From Patescibacteria group bacterium (GTDB lineage Bacteria; Patescibacteriota; Patescibacteriia; 2-01-FULL-39-33), in NCBI GenBank assembly GCA_041662745.1, contig JBAZRV010000008.1, positions 954 to 32,953 on the forward strand: 32,000 nt of DNA, written 5' to 3'. A model generated the notes under the pieces. It worked only from the letters and a program-made list of their open reading frames with translations, had not been told where the DNA came from and ran no database searches. The stretch's first letter is position 1. Every line of letters starts with the position of its first letter. The translations under genes and the position numbers were made by a program. Shown here one piece after another: positions 16,771 to 27,970 of this stretch.

Positions 16771-19746
16771 TTATTTAACGGGCAGGGTAAAATAGAAAGT
16801 TGTGCCCTTATTCTCTTTGGAATCAAACCAAATCCTGCCGCCATGCGCTTCAACTATGCCTCGGGCGATATACAGCCCCAAACCTGTGCCTTCCGGCGCC
16901 ACCCCCCTGATGTTATCCGCCCTGAAAAATCTCTCAAAAATACGATGTTGCTGATACTGCGGTATGCCATAACCCTGATCGGTAACGGCTATGGACCAAT
17001 AGTCCCCTTGGCGCTGGCAATCAAAAGTTATTTTAGCTTTATCGGGAGAATACTTAATGGCATTGCTAATCAAATTATTCAGCATTTGGACGATTTTATC
17101 AAAATCAAAAACACAAATAATTTTCCCGTTTAAACCGCAACCAAAAATCATGCTGATTTTCTTTTTATTGGCGGTTAACGTCTGATCTTCTATGGCGCGG
17201 CTAAGGGCTAAACGCAAATCGGCTGGTTTTTTGTTTAAGGTGAATTTTCTTCCCGTCTCAAGATGGGAAACGTCTAACAAATCATTAACCAACTTAATCA
17301 TTCGTTCATTGCTATGATAAATCTGCTCAACAAAATCACGTTGCTCCTGATTCAACTTGCCAATCTTCTCCTTTAACAGCAATTCGCCAAACCATTTAAT
17401 GCCGGTTAAAGGCGTCCGCAACTGATGTGAAGACATGGACACGAATTCTGATTTTAAACGATCAATTTCCTTGGCCTTGCTGATATCGCGCAAAATAGCC
17501 ATGTCGGCCGGTTGACCATTTAAAACAACAACTGAACTATTGGTTTCTACCGGTATGGCTTTGCCGTGCTTATCAATAACGGCGAATTCATAACGAGTAT
17601 CCACCCTCTCCCCCTGCATGCGACGCTTGTAATTGGAAGCGACCAGGCTCTTATATTGCGGAGCGATAAAATCAACCATGGGTTTGCCGATGACGTCTTG
17701 AGGAACCATGCCGGTAATCTTCTCTATGGCCGGATTGGCATATTTAACTATACCCCCCTGAATCAGTATAACGGCATCATTACTGCGTTCCACCAGGATA
17801 CTGTATCTTTCCTCCGATTGCTTGATTTCCCGTTCCCAGATCTTATGCTGAGTAATATCTTCAACAACTGTCAAAAAATATAGCGGCTTATCACTATTGT
17901 TTTTAATTAAAGTAGCGTTAACTCGGCCATAAACAATTTTTTTGTCTTTCCTGATATAACGTTTGTCCACGCTATAAACAGAAATCTTACCTTTAAGCAA
18001 CAATTTGACTTTTTCTATATCCCTTTTGACTTCATCGGGATGCGTAATATCGGCAAAGGTCAGCTTCTCAAGTTGGTCCTCGGAGTAACCCCAAAATTTA
18101 ACAGCAGCCGGATTAGCACTAATGAATTTATTATCCAAGCCGACCAAGACAATGGGTATCGGGCTGTTTTCATAAATCGCTCGCAGGCGATCTTCGCTGT
18201 TAACCAGCTTTGTTTCTGTTTGGTGACGCGCAGTAATATCGCGGATGTTGCACTGAACGACTTTGGTGCGGCCAATATTATAGACATTACTGACAAATTC
18301 CACGCTGATCGGCTTGCCGGACTTGGTTCTTAAAGGCAAATTATCATAATGGACATACTTCTTTTTCTTTAAAATTTCAAAAGATTTCTTGGAAGCCATT
18401 ATGTCCTTAAATAACCCGATTTCCCACAATTTCTTCTGTAAAAATTCGTCTCTTCCATAGCCCAGCATCTCAATTAAATACGGATTAACCTCTTCAATTT
18501 CTCCGGTCTCAACATTAAGAATCAAAATGCCGTCCTTGGCCGCTTCAAACAACCGACGATATTTCTGCTCTGACTTAACTAAACTTTTTTGGATTTTTGT
18601 ATCCTTAGTGACATCAGTGAAGCGCCAAACCCGGCCTACGATCTTACCGTCAATTTTTTGCGGTAAAGACAAACGATCAAAAACCCGGCCATCCTTAAAA
18701 TAAACAGTATCGGAACTTTTATTTGCCGGATGTTTATAAAGGTAGTTTACTTTGGTTAAAAATTCTTTGGCATCGGTAAGCTGGCTCACGACATAAGACA
18801 ACAGCTTCTTGTCATTCTTCGTCTTCGCTAATTTCTGGGGTATTTTCCATAACTCCAAAAATTTTTCATTATAAAATGACACTCTGCCCCGGCGATCAAT
18901 CACCAGGATGCCATCCGATGAAGTATTTGTGATTGAATCCAACAGGGAAACATAATTTTTTACGGTTATTTCATTTTTTTTAGTTTCGGTAATATCGCGG
19001 GAAAAACCCATGACATTGCTTATTCGGCCTGACTGATCCCTGACCGGCGTTAATTGCGTACTCAGCCAAACATCACCATGGGCAAAATGAGAAAGATCTT
19101 CCCGATAAGAGTGTTGACCGCTACGGAATACCTTATTAAGGTTAGCTTTTTGCCGTTTGGCCACGGCGGGCGGAAACAAATCCTTAACGCTTTTACCGAC
19201 AATGTGAATCGGCTGGGCATTAAACTGTTTGGCTCCGAATTCATTAACATAAGTTATCCGACCGCCCCTATCAACCAAGTAAATACTGTCATGAGCCATC
19301 TCAGCTAAGGTTTTATAAAGCACTTCGCTTTCTTTTTTTTCGGTAATATCGCGAAAAAAAGCGATTAAGCAATCGCGAGAATTAATCTTTATTCTGCCAA
19401 AGCCGGCAGAGACGAATTTAATTTTTCCCTTCTTGGTTATTATCTGCAAGTCCGCGCTTTTATCAAAACCCTTGCCTTTAGCCAATTGCGTAAAAACTTT
19501 TAGCGTTTTTTTAATGCTGTTTGCCGGATGCAAATGCCTGATGGACAACTTAAGCAATTCTTTTTTGGCATAACCGAATAAACGGCAGGCGGCCGGATTA
19601 GCATCAATGATCTTGGTTGACAAGTCAGCAATCACAATGGCATCAGCCGTGTTATTAAACAACATCCGATAATTATATTCGCCACCGGCCATCAGTTCGT
19701 CCGGGGTGGGGCAGGATTGTTTTTGATTAAAAATCAGCCAATTCAT
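16771..19746 (-). CDS. Cytoplasmic histidine kinase with about six PAS domains, HisKA, HATPase_c
   Basis: Six PAS-type segments, FVSMSSHQLRTPLTGI H-box, DQGYGIP, GTGLGLYIARGIVEAHGG. The track start (19773) is a TTG overlapping the upstream stop; ATG at 19746 (MNWLIFNQKQ) is a better start. Confidence 0.93.
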   Translation of the reverse strand: MNWLIFNQKQSCPTPDELMAGGEYNYRMLFNNTADAIVIADLSTKIIDANPAACRLFGYAKKELLKLSIRHLHPANSIKKTLKVFTQLAKGKGFDKSADLQIITKKGKIKFVSAGFGRIKINSRDCLIAFFRDITEKKESEVLYKTLAEMAHDSIYLVDRGGRITYVNEFGAKQFNAQPIHIVGKSVKDLFPPAVAKRQKANLNKVFRSGQHSYREDLSHFAHGDVWLSTQLTPVRDQSGRISNVMGFSRDITETKKNEITVKNYVSLLDSITNTSSDGILVIDRRGRVSFYNEKFLELWKIPQKLAKTKNDKKLLSYVVSQLTDAKEFLTKVNYLYKHPANKSSDTVYFKDGRVFDRLSLPQKIDGKIVGRVWRFTDVTKDTKIQKSLVKSEQKYRRLFEAAKDGILILNVETGEIEEVNPYLIEMLGYGRDEFLQKKLWEIGLFKDIMASKKSFEILKKKKYVHYDNLPLRTKSGKPISVEFVSNVYNIGRTKVVQCNIRDITARHQTETKLVNSEDRLRAIYENSPIPIVLVGLDNKFISANPAAVKFWGYSEDQLEKLTFADITHPDEVKRDIEKVKLLLKGKISVYSVDKRYIRKDKKIVYGRVNATLIKNNSDKPLYFLTVVEDITQHKIWEREIKQSEERYSILVERSNDAVILIQGGIVKYANPAIEKITGMVPQDVIGKPMVDFIAPQYKSLVASNYKRRMQGERVDTRYEFAVIDKHGKAIPVETNSSVVVLNGQPADMAILRDISKAKEIDRLKSEFVSMSSHQLRTPLTGIKWFGELLLKEKIGKLNQEQRDFVEQIYHSNERMIKLVNDLLDVSHLETGRKFTLNKKPADLRLALSRAIEDQTLTANKKKISMIFGCGLNGKIICVFDFDKIVQMLNNLISNAIKYSPDKAKITFDCQRQGDYWSIAVTDQGYGIPQYQQHRIFERFFRADNIRGVAPEGTGLGLYIARGIVEAHGGRIWFDSKENKGTTFYFTLPVK

Positions 19747-19769
19747 TATAATATCTAAATATTTATATT

Positions 19770-22700
19770 TCAAACATTAGCTGACTGCCTTTTTCTGACC
19801 CGATACAGCCAGAAAATGACAGCGACTAAGACAATTAAGGTTATAACTGTCGTCTGCCAGTTTAGATAACGATAAATCATTACCCAAAAGTTGCGCTTGA
19901 CCGTAAAGGTGCTGACCGGACTGGGACGGCTCTTGACCTGCGCCGTTGAATCCAGGGTAACGGCAAAAACAGTATGCTGGCCCGGGGCCAGTTCTGTTAT
20001 ATCTTGCGAGTGATCAATACGCCAATTGCCCTGACTGTCAGCGCGCGTACGATAAATCAAAGCCTGATCGCTATGAATATAAATGATAACATCCCGATTG
20101 GGCAAAGAGACGCCGGAGAAACTCAGAGTATCGCCCGTAACCACGGTCTGCACGTTGGTAACTTGCGGTACCGGGATGCCGGCCAATTCTACGGCTTGAG
20201 CGTTCAACTCCACCAACTCTGCCGTTGGAGTCGGTCCAGTGGGGATGGCGGCAGCGGTTATTGCCGGCACAGCCGGCGTCGGCAGAACCACGACCTTATT
20301 AACAGCCACACTGGCTGAATCGCTGGTGTTGCCGGCCTGATCGCGACTGACAGCGCCAATAATATGTTGGCCGTCAACCAGCGCCGAGGCGCTGGGCAAT
20401 CGGAAACTCCAAGCGCCGGACGAATCGGCGGTTACGGTAAAGCTGCTGCGGTTGTCTAAAGTGATAATCACCTCAACGAGCGGTTCAGCTACGCCGGTGA
20501 TTATTGGTGTCGCTTCAATTATGGCTGAATTATTAGCCGGATTTAAAATTATCGGAACCGCCGGCGCCACACTGGTAATTATCAGAACAACCGGATCAGA
20601 AACCTGGCTGATATTCCCCGTTCCGTCAGTCGCCCTGACCGTTAAGGAATGGTTGCCCGGTAAAAAATTAAAAACCTGATTGAATCGGCCGCCATTGTCG
20701 GTAGCATTGCTTAATTGAGCGAACAAAACTCCGTTGTCAAACAAGTCAATACGCGATCCCGGTTCAGCCAAACCGCCGATAATAGTTATTGTGTTGTTGG
20801 TCGGCGAGTCCAGCGGATTCAAAAGCGGCTTAACCGGCGCAGTCGTATCCGGCACCAAAATGGCACCACCGCCGACCACTGGCGGGATGACGGGCGGAAC
20901 AACCGGAGGAGTTACCGGAGCAAAGACGTTAAGCTGGGTAACCGTCGCTTCATTGCCGTAATCGTCTATGGCCCAAATCTTAACATAATAATTGTCAGTG
21001 ATATTCAAACCGGTGATGACCGTGGAGATGGCTAAGGGATTGGACAAGTTAGCATCGTTAACCACGCTCCATTTGCTGGCCGCGCCCGTGCGATTTATGA
21101 CATCGCTTTCCGTTGCGTCATGCCATAACTCGTAGTGATTGAAATTAGCATCGGTTGTCGCTTGCCAATTCACGGTAACAGTCGTGGCGGTTTCCGAAAA
21201 CTTGCTCAAAGAAGAAAGCCCCAAAGGCGCTCCCGTATCAACGGAAAAGTTAGCTGATTCATAATACGCGCTGGCATTGCCAAAACTGTCAGTGCCGCTA
21301 AAACGCACTCGCATATTGGAATTTTCTTGATTGATGAAATCCGCGCCGGCGTTCCAAATAATTGCTTTATTATTGCCCGCCGTTACCGTCCCCAAATCAC
21401 CGGTCGCAGCAACCTTAGTAACCGTCCAAGTCAAACCGCCGTCAGAAGAAATATCCCAAGCAACATCAGCAGTCTCGCCCAAATCATAGCTTATCGCAAC
21501 ATTGTCCGTGCCAATGGTTTGGCCGGCTGAGATGCCGGAGATAATCGGGGCCTTAGTATCCAAAGCAAAATTGCCGGAAGAGTCATAAGCGCCTTGATTG
21601 CCGAAATAATCTTTAGCGCGGACGCGAACTCTCACCGTCGACAGATCTTGACCGGTAAAATCCGTACCGGCGGCCCAAGTGAAGGTCTTAGTCCCGATAG
21701 TCTGGCCGGGACCGATTTGGCCGCTTCTGGTTGTCGTGGGCACCGTCCAAGTAATGCCGCCATCATCGGAAATGCTGAATTCAATCAGATTGCCGGCCGG
21801 CGTAATATCCGTTAAGTTATAATTTATAACCACATCGGTCGTGCCGGCCGATTGGCTGGCAGTAACGTCACTGACTGCCGGGCCTTTAGTGTCAATGGTA
21901 AAATTATCAGAAATAACGATTGAACCGACGTTGCCATAACGATCCGTGCCTTGGAGTTTTATTTTAACGGCAGAATTTTCTTGATTAGGCAGGTCAACTT
22001 GCGGATTCCAACTGATACTCTTGCCGGCGCCGGCCGTAACGTTACTGCCGATATCGCCAGTTGCCGTAGTAAGAGCGACGGTATAAGTTAAACCGCCGTC
22101 AGCGGAAATTAATAAGCTAACGGTGTTGCTGGCACCGGAATTATCAGATAAATCATAAGTGATTGCGGCCAAGCCCGTACCCGGAGCCTGCGTTAAATCA
22201 ATATTGGAAACAACCGGTCCCAGGGTATCCGCATAAAAAGCCGAGGAAGCCGCCAAATTACTGTCAGCCAAAGCATCCGAGGACTTCAAGCGCGCATAGA
22301 CCGTGGAATTCTCCTGATTGGGCAAATCAATCGCTATGTCCCAGGCAAAAACGTAAGCCGTACCGGCGGAAGCGAAAATTAGACTGGAAGTGCCGTTTGA
22401 ACCCACCCCTAATTTTTCGGTCATAGCCTGCCAGTTGACATTATCAATAGAATACTCAAAAACAGTTAAGTCATTAGTGTCATTTTGCGCGTCCGCGCCC
22501 GTATAATTGATTAATACGTAACCGCCGCTGGCCTGCTGAGCTGCGCTTGAGATATTAATTGAGGGGGCGGTATTAGCAATACCGGCCACTGTGGAAAAAT
22601 CGGATTCGGAAGAGACTGAATGCGCGGCATCACTCGGATTGCGGGATTTGATTTTAAAGCTATAGTTAGCCACCGGCGAACTCAAGCCATTAATGGTTAC

Positions 22701-24617
22701 TTGACCGCTGTTACCGCTGGTTTGGCCCCATTGGCCGATGCCGGTGCCCAGTGTCTGCCAAACCGCACTGGCGCCTAAGGTACCATTGCTTTGCACGTAT
22801 TGATCGGTGAAAACTTCATAAATGGCGTACGGCACATCACTGGCCTCGCCAAAAGCCGGATTGATCGTTACATCTACCGCAGTGTTCTGCGGATTATTAA
22901 CTGTGGGCGCTGAGGGCGTATATGGCTTGACATATTTATAACTCGCCGTAGGAGAGGTGTTCTCATTTATCCTGGCGTGGCCGTAATTATCGGTTTCTAT
23001 AATTTTAACCTTGGCAATATAGTCATGGCCGGTGAGCGTACCGCCAGCCGGTACGGCTTGGTTAGCCGGAGTCGCAGTATTACTTTCTCCCGTGGTGGTG
23101 GCCGAATAGGCGTTGCCGCTAAAAGCGACAAAAAACTCATTGGTAATCGGATTAGCCTCGGTAAACGACCCGCTGACAATCGCATCAGTGTCGCCGGCTT
23201 GCGGCTGAGCCGCCAAATCGGCAGTCGCCAAGATCGCCGGAGCCAGGGTGTCCACGCTAAAGACGCCGGCTAAAACGGCATACGCGCTGCTATTGCCATA
23301 GGTATTGGTGCCGCGAATGCGGACTTTCATATTGCTGTTTTGCTGGCTATTGAAATCCACTCCCGGATTCCAAGAAACCGTCTTACCAAGTCCCGGTGCG
23401 ACCCCATAACCGACAGCGCCAGTTAAGGTGGTGGTAACCACACTCCAAGTGACGCCGCCGTCATCGGAAATATCGACACTAATAACCACATTATCGCTAT
23501 CAAATAAATTGTAAGTTATAGTGACATTATCGGAACCGACAACCTGCGCCGCCGTTAGGCCATTAATCACTGGGGCTTGAGTGTTAACGGCAAACAGGTT
23601 GGAAGTGACATTGCCGGTCGCATTGGCGTAAGCGTCAACGGCTCGCAAGCGAACCTGCATATTATTAACCTGCTGATTGGGAAAATTCGCTCCAGCATCC
23701 CAAGTGATGATCTTACCGTTGCCGGTTGTTATGCCCGAGCCAATGGCGCCGCTAACGCTTGAAGAAGCGACATCCCAGGTACTGCCTCCGTCCGAGGATA
23801 TATCCATAGCCACAACAGAACTGTTAGCATCGCTAAAATCGTAACTTATGGACACTAAACTGCTACTGACGACCTGAGCCGCGGCAACATTGGCAAAAAC
23901 CGGGGCCTTGGTATCAACGGAAAAATCAGCAGATGAAACAAGCGTTCCGATATTGCCAAAATTATCCCTGGCTCCCGCTCGCACTCTGACCGTACCCGAT
24001 TCTTGGCCGGAGTAATCAACACCGGGATTCCAGTTGATAGCCTTGCCGCTGCCCGGCACGACATTATCTCGAACATCGCCGGAAGCCGTGGAAGTCGCGA
24101 CAGTCCAAGTTGATCCGCTGTCCGAAGAAACATCAAATTCCACATAAGAATCGGATAAATCGGTCAAATTATAACTTACGGATACATTATTTGAATCGGC
24201 ATCTTGGCTGGCGGTGACCGAGGCCGTTACGGGGTTTTTGGTGTCAATAATAAACGCCGCGGAAGCCGTTATGCCGCCACTGCTGGTGCCGTCGTTAGCC
24301 TGCAATCTGACAAAAACCGTCTCATCTTCGGTGTTAGGCAAATCCGCGCCCGCGTCCCACATAAAATCATGCGCGGTTCCGGAAGAAACAAAAGTTAAAT
24401 CGGTTTTTCCGTCCGAACCCACCCCCGTTTTCTCGGTCATAGCATGCCAAACGGCATTGTCAGTGGAATATTGATAAATGACCAGGGTAGTGGTTTCGCT
24501 TTCCAAATCCGAACCGGTATAATTGATAATCGCATACTTGGTGCCGTCGGCAGTCTGAGCAACCGAATCAATGGCAATGGTCGGCGACTGGTTGACTGAA
24601 GAGGCGCTGCTGGACAA
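19770..24617 (-). CDS. Giant surface protein, C-terminal part: repeats, Fn3-like, Pro-rich hinge, Ig-like domains, C-terminal TM
   Basis: Track start is a TTG (24617) inside a repeat, and the reading frame is meaningful upstream to the T7 run. C-terminus ...VTPPVVPPVIPPVV... Ig-like domains ... NWQTTVITLIVLVAVIFWLYRVRKRQ. Confidence 0.85.
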   Translation of the reverse strand: MSSSASSVNQSPTIAIDSVAQTADGTKYAIINYTGSDLESETTTLVIYQYSTDNAVWHAMTEKTGVGSDGKTDLTFVSSGTAHDFMWDAGADLPNTEDETVFVRLQANDGTSSGGITASAAFIIDTKNPVTASVTASQDADSNNVSVSYNLTDLSDSYVEFDVSSDSGSTWTVATSTASGDVRDNVVPGSGKAINWNPGVDYSGQESGTVRVRAGARDNFGNIGTLVSSADFSVDTKAPVFANVAAAQVVSSSLVSISYDFSDANSSVVAMDISSDGGSTWDVASSSVSGAIGSGITTGNGKIITWDAGANFPNQQVNNMQVRLRAVDAYANATGNVTSNLFAVNTQAPVINGLTAAQVVGSDNVTITYNLFDSDNVVISVDISDDGGVTWSVVTTTLTGAVGYGVAPGLGKTVSWNPGVDFNSQQNSNMKVRIRGTNTYGNSSAYAVLAGVFSVDTLAPAILATADLAAQPQAGDTDAIVSGSFTEANPITNEFFVAFSGNAYSATTTGESNTATPANQAVPAGGTLTGHDYIAKVKIIETDNYGHARINENTSPTASYKYVKPYTPSAPTVNNPQNTAVDVTINPAFGEASDVPYAIYEVFTDQYVQSNGTLGASAVWQTLGTGIGQWGQTSGNSGQVTINGLSSPVANYSFKIKSRNPSDAAHSVSSESDFSTVAGIANTAPSINISSAAQQASGGYVLINYTGADAQNDTNDLTVFEYSIDNVNWQAMTEKLGVGSNGTSSLIFASAGTAYVFAWDIAIDLPNQENSTVYARLKSSDALADSNLAASSAFYADTLGPVVSNIDLTQAPGTGLAAITYDLSDNSGASNTVSLLISADGGLTYTVALTTATGDIGSNVTAGAGKSISWNPQVDLPNQENSAVKIKLQGTDRYGNVGSIVISDNFTIDTKGPAVSDVTASQSAGTTDVVINYNLTDITPAGNLIEFSISDDGGITWTVPTTTRSGQIGPGQTIGTKTFTWAAGTDFTGQDLSTVRVRVRAKDYFGNQGAYDSSGNFALDTKAPIISGISAGQTIGTDNVAISYDLGETADVAWDISSDGGLTWTVTKVAATGDLGTVTAGNNKAIIWNAGADFINQENSNMRVRFSGTDSFGNASAYYESANFSVDTGAPLGLSSLSKFSETATTVTVNWQATTDANFNHYELWHDATESDVINRTGAASKWSVVNDANLSNPLAISTVITGLNITDNYYVKIWAIDDYGNEATVTQLNVFAPVTPPVVPPVIPPVVGGGAILVPDTTAPVKPLLNPLDSPTNNTITIIGGLAEPGSRIDLFDNGVLFAQLSNATDNGGRFNQVFNFLPGNHSLTVRATDGTGNISQVSDPVVLIITSVAPAVPIILNPANNSAIIEATPIITGVAEPLVEVIITLDNRSSFTVTADSSGAWSFRLPSASALVDGQHIIGAVSRDQAGNTSDSASVAVNKVVVLPTPAVPAITAAAIPTGPTPTAELVELNAQAVELAGIPVPQVTNVQTVVTGDTLSFSGVSLPNRDVIIYIHSDQALIYRTRADSQGNWRIDHSQDITELAPGQHTVFAVTLDSTAQVKSRPSPVSTFTVKRNFWVMIYRYLNWQTTVITLIVLVAVIFWLYRVRKRQSANV

Positions 24618-27600
24618 AGCGCTATCACTGGAAGCGGCATGGGCTCCATCACTGCTATTGCGCGATTTAACCTGGAATTGATAATGGTAGGAATCGAGGA
24701 TTAAACCGCTGATATTAACTTTGCCGGCTACGCCTGAATAAAATCCCCACTGAAAAAAAGCCGGTACCGCTCACCTGCCAAACAGGACTGGCGCCTAAAG
24801 TTCCGTCGCTCTGCACATATTTATTCTGGGAACCTTCATAAATCGCGTATTCCAAACCATCGGTTTCTGCCGGATTTTTATTGATTAAAACATCCACCGT
24901 GCCAACGCCGGGATTGTTAACGGTCGGCGCCGACGGCGTGTACGGCTTAACATACTTATAGGCTGAATTAGGCGAGCCATTCTCATTGGTTATAGTCTGG
25001 CCGTAATCATCCGTATGAGTGATTTTGACTTGGGAAATATAATCATTACCGTCCAAAGTGACGCCGACAACCGTAGCCTGATCGGCCGGCGAAGCGGTAT
25101 TGACGCTTCCGGCAGTGGCGGAACCGTAAGAACCGCCGTCAATCGCTACATAAAAATCATTGGTATTGGGGTTGGCCTCGGTAAAAGAACCGCCGATCAA
25201 TGTTGTTGTTGCTCCGGCCAAAGGCTGGGCTGACAAATTAGCTATGACGCTAACGGCCGGCGGCAGAGTATCAAGAGAAAAATCGGCTGAAGGCACATTG
25301 GCCGATTGATTGGCAAAAATATCCAAAGCCCTGACCCGCGCTTGCATCGTACTTAAATTTTGATCGGGAAAATCAACGGCCGCATTCCAGGTGACGGTTT
25401 TGCCCGTTCCCGGGGTTATGTTGGCGCCGATCTCACCACTTAGGGTTGAGGTGGCCACTAACCAAGTTGACCCGCTATTGTTAGAAATATCCAATATTAC
25501 CAAAGAATTGTTCTGATCGGCTAAATCATAAGTAATTGTTACGCTTGTTCCGCCCAAAGGTTGCGTGGCTGAAACATTGGTTAGGCGCGGGGACTTAGTG
25601 TCCAAAGAAAAATCAGAAGAGGCTAAAGCGCTATTATTGCTAAAACTGTCGGTCGCGGTCAAACGGAATTGCATGTTAGTCTTTTCCTGATCATTATAAT
25701 CGGCGCCAGCGTCCCAAGTGATGGTTTTGCCGGATCCGGGTATGACTGCTACGCCCAAATCGCCAGTTGCCGAAGAGGTGGCCACAGTCCAAGTTGATCC
25801 CCCGTCGGCGGAAACAGCCAATAATAGATTAGCATTGCCGGCGTCTTCGGAAACATCATAATGAAAAGTAAAAGTATTGGCATTGCCGTCTTGGCCGGCG
25901 GAAAGATTAGACAATACCGGCGCATGCGTATCAACGGTAAAGATTGCGGAACCGCTATAAGATCCCTGATTGCCAAAGCTGTCCCGAGCTCTAACCCGCA
26001 CCAGGACATTGGTATTATATTGATTGTCATAATCAGCTCCGGCATTCCAAGCAACGCTTTTGCCAACGCCCGGCGTTACCCCTGAACCGACGGCGCCGGT
26101 TAAGCTTGAGGTGGCGACAGTCCAGGTTGACCCGCCATCGCCGGAAATATCTATCTGAATCAAAGAGCTGTTAGCGTCGGTTAAATTATAAGTTATGGCC
26201 ACGGTTCTGGCGCCGGCGTTTTGGCTGGCGGTTACATCCGAGACAACCGGAGCCTTGTTATCCAAAGAAAAATTCGCCGAAGCGACTAAACTGCCGTCAG
26301 TCAAGGTGTCGTTTCCTCTTAAACGAATCTTGGCTGTGGTTGTTTCCAAGCTCGGTAAATCCGCGCCCGAATCCCAAACAAAACTATAAGCGCTGCCGGT
26401 CGGCAAAAATATCAGATTAGCCGTGCCATTACTGCCTGCGCCGGACTTCTCTGTCATGGCCTGCCAACTGGAGCCGTCAACGGAATACTCGTAAGCGGAT
26501 AAATAAGTAACATCGCCCTGGCCATCCGTACCCGTATAAGCAATGGGGCTGTACTGCGAGCCGTCTGTTGTTTGGGCATAACTGTCTAAAACAATGCCGG
26601 GGGCGGTATTGGTGATTTGCGCCGTAGCGGAAAAAGCCGAGTCCGAAGACGCCGCATGGCCGGCATCACTGGGGTTGCGCGACTTAACCTTAAAAATATA
26701 ATTAGCCACCGGCGAAGATAAGCCGGTTATTCTGACCGTACCGGCCGAACCGGTATTATTGCCCCATTGGCCGGAACCGGTGCCGATAATCTGCCAAACC
26801 GGGCTGACGCCTAAAGTGCCGTCGCTCTGCACATATTTGGAAGTCGTGGTTTCAAATAGAGCGTATTGCACATCACCGGCTTCGCCGGCGTGCGAATTAA
26901 TTGTCAAATCCAAACGCGTGGTAACGGGATTGCTCAAGGTCGGGGCTGACGGCGTATAAGGCTTAACATACTTATAAATGGAATTCGGAGTTAAATTTTC
27001 ATTAACTCCCAGGTTGAAGTAATCATCGGTATGAACAATCTTAACCTGAGAAATATAATCATTGCCGTCCAAAGTGGCGCCGACAGCCGTGGCAAGATTA
27101 GACGGAGTAGCCGTATCACTGTCGCCGGCCGTAGATGAGCTGTAACCGCCTCCGTCAATCGCCACATAAAAATGATTGGCATCGGGATTAACCTCGGTAA
27201 ACGATCCGCCGATTAAAACCGCAGTGTCGCCGGCGTTGGGTTGAGCTTGCAAATCAGCCGCGGTTAATGTCGCTGCCGGCAAAGTATCCAAAGAAAAATT
27301 AGCCGAGGCGGAATAAACGCCCTGGTTCTGCCACTTGTCCTTGGCCCGGATGCGCACTCGCATATTGCTTTTCTGTTGGTTGGGATAATCCGCGCCGGCA
27401 GTCCAATAAATTGTCTTGCCATTGCCGGCCGTTACTCCCGCGCCGACAGCGCCGCTAACGCCGGTTGCCGGTACCGTCCAAGTATCTCCGTCATCGCCCG
27501 ATATTTGCATCTCTACCAAAATATTATCGGCGGTATCATCAAATAAATCATAAGTGACGGCCACTGTCGTTGTGCCCAAGGGTTGAGTGGCTAAAACATT

Positions 27601-27970
27601 GGAAACGGTGGAAGAAACATAATCAACGGTGAAAACGGAGGAAGTGGCATAAATGCCATTGCCGATGCCGTCATTAGGCCGTAAACGAACATAAGTGGTG
27701 GTAACGACGTCGCCCAATTGCGAACGGGCGTCCCAAACGAAAGTGTGGGGCGTACCGCCGGAAGAAGCGGGCAAGCCGGAAACTCCGCTATGGGCCGGAT
27801 CGGTGGTGGAGGCGGTCATAGTCACCGCGTCGGCAAAGGTGCCGGATAAGGAATACTCATAAGCCGTCAAACTGGATATATCGTCTTCCGCGTCTTGCAA
27901 ATTATAATTGACATGGACATAACCATAAGTTGTGTCTTGCGCCGGCGCCACAGATTGCACCTGGGGTCGC
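21240..27970 (-). repeat. Super-repeat array of domain types A (~110 aa, x4), B (~110 aa, x10) and C (~225 aa, x3)
   Basis: Order N to C: A1-B1-C1 | A2-B2-B3-B4-C2 | A3-B5-B6-B7-C3 | A4-B8-B9-B10. Signatures: A 'NTAPxI...YTGxD...YEYSxDxxxWxAMTEKxGxGSxG...FxWD'; B 'DGGSTWTVATSxxxGxxGxGVxPGxGKxxxWNAGxDFxNQ'; C 'AQPxAG...GSFTEANPxxNxFYVA...KYVKPYTPSAP...YVQSDGTLGASPVWQ...VKSRNPSD'. Confidence 0.85.

Noticed and set aside
19747-19773. TTG start of the six-PAS kinase overlapping the giant gene stop
   Set aside because: An ATG nine codons downstream (19746) gives a more plausible start without overlap; the nine extra residues have no conserved features.
24437-24652. 71-aa minus-strand ORF spanning the interval near the frameshift
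   Set aside because: It is in the third frame relative to both giant-protein ORFs; the repeat alignment shows the true frame continues to 24753-24759.
24740-24762. Programmed +1 ribosomal frameshift (prfB-like) as the explanation for the split giant gene
   Set aside because: No CUU-UGA-like shift site or upstream SD-like stimulator seen; a homopolymer indel is simpler. Transcriptional slippage cannot be excluded without read or protein data.
21240-27970. Possible CRISPR or DNA-level satellite array
   Set aside because: Repeats are about 330 bp to 2 kb, diverged and in-frame, and encode recurrent protein domains; no short identical repeats with unique spacers.
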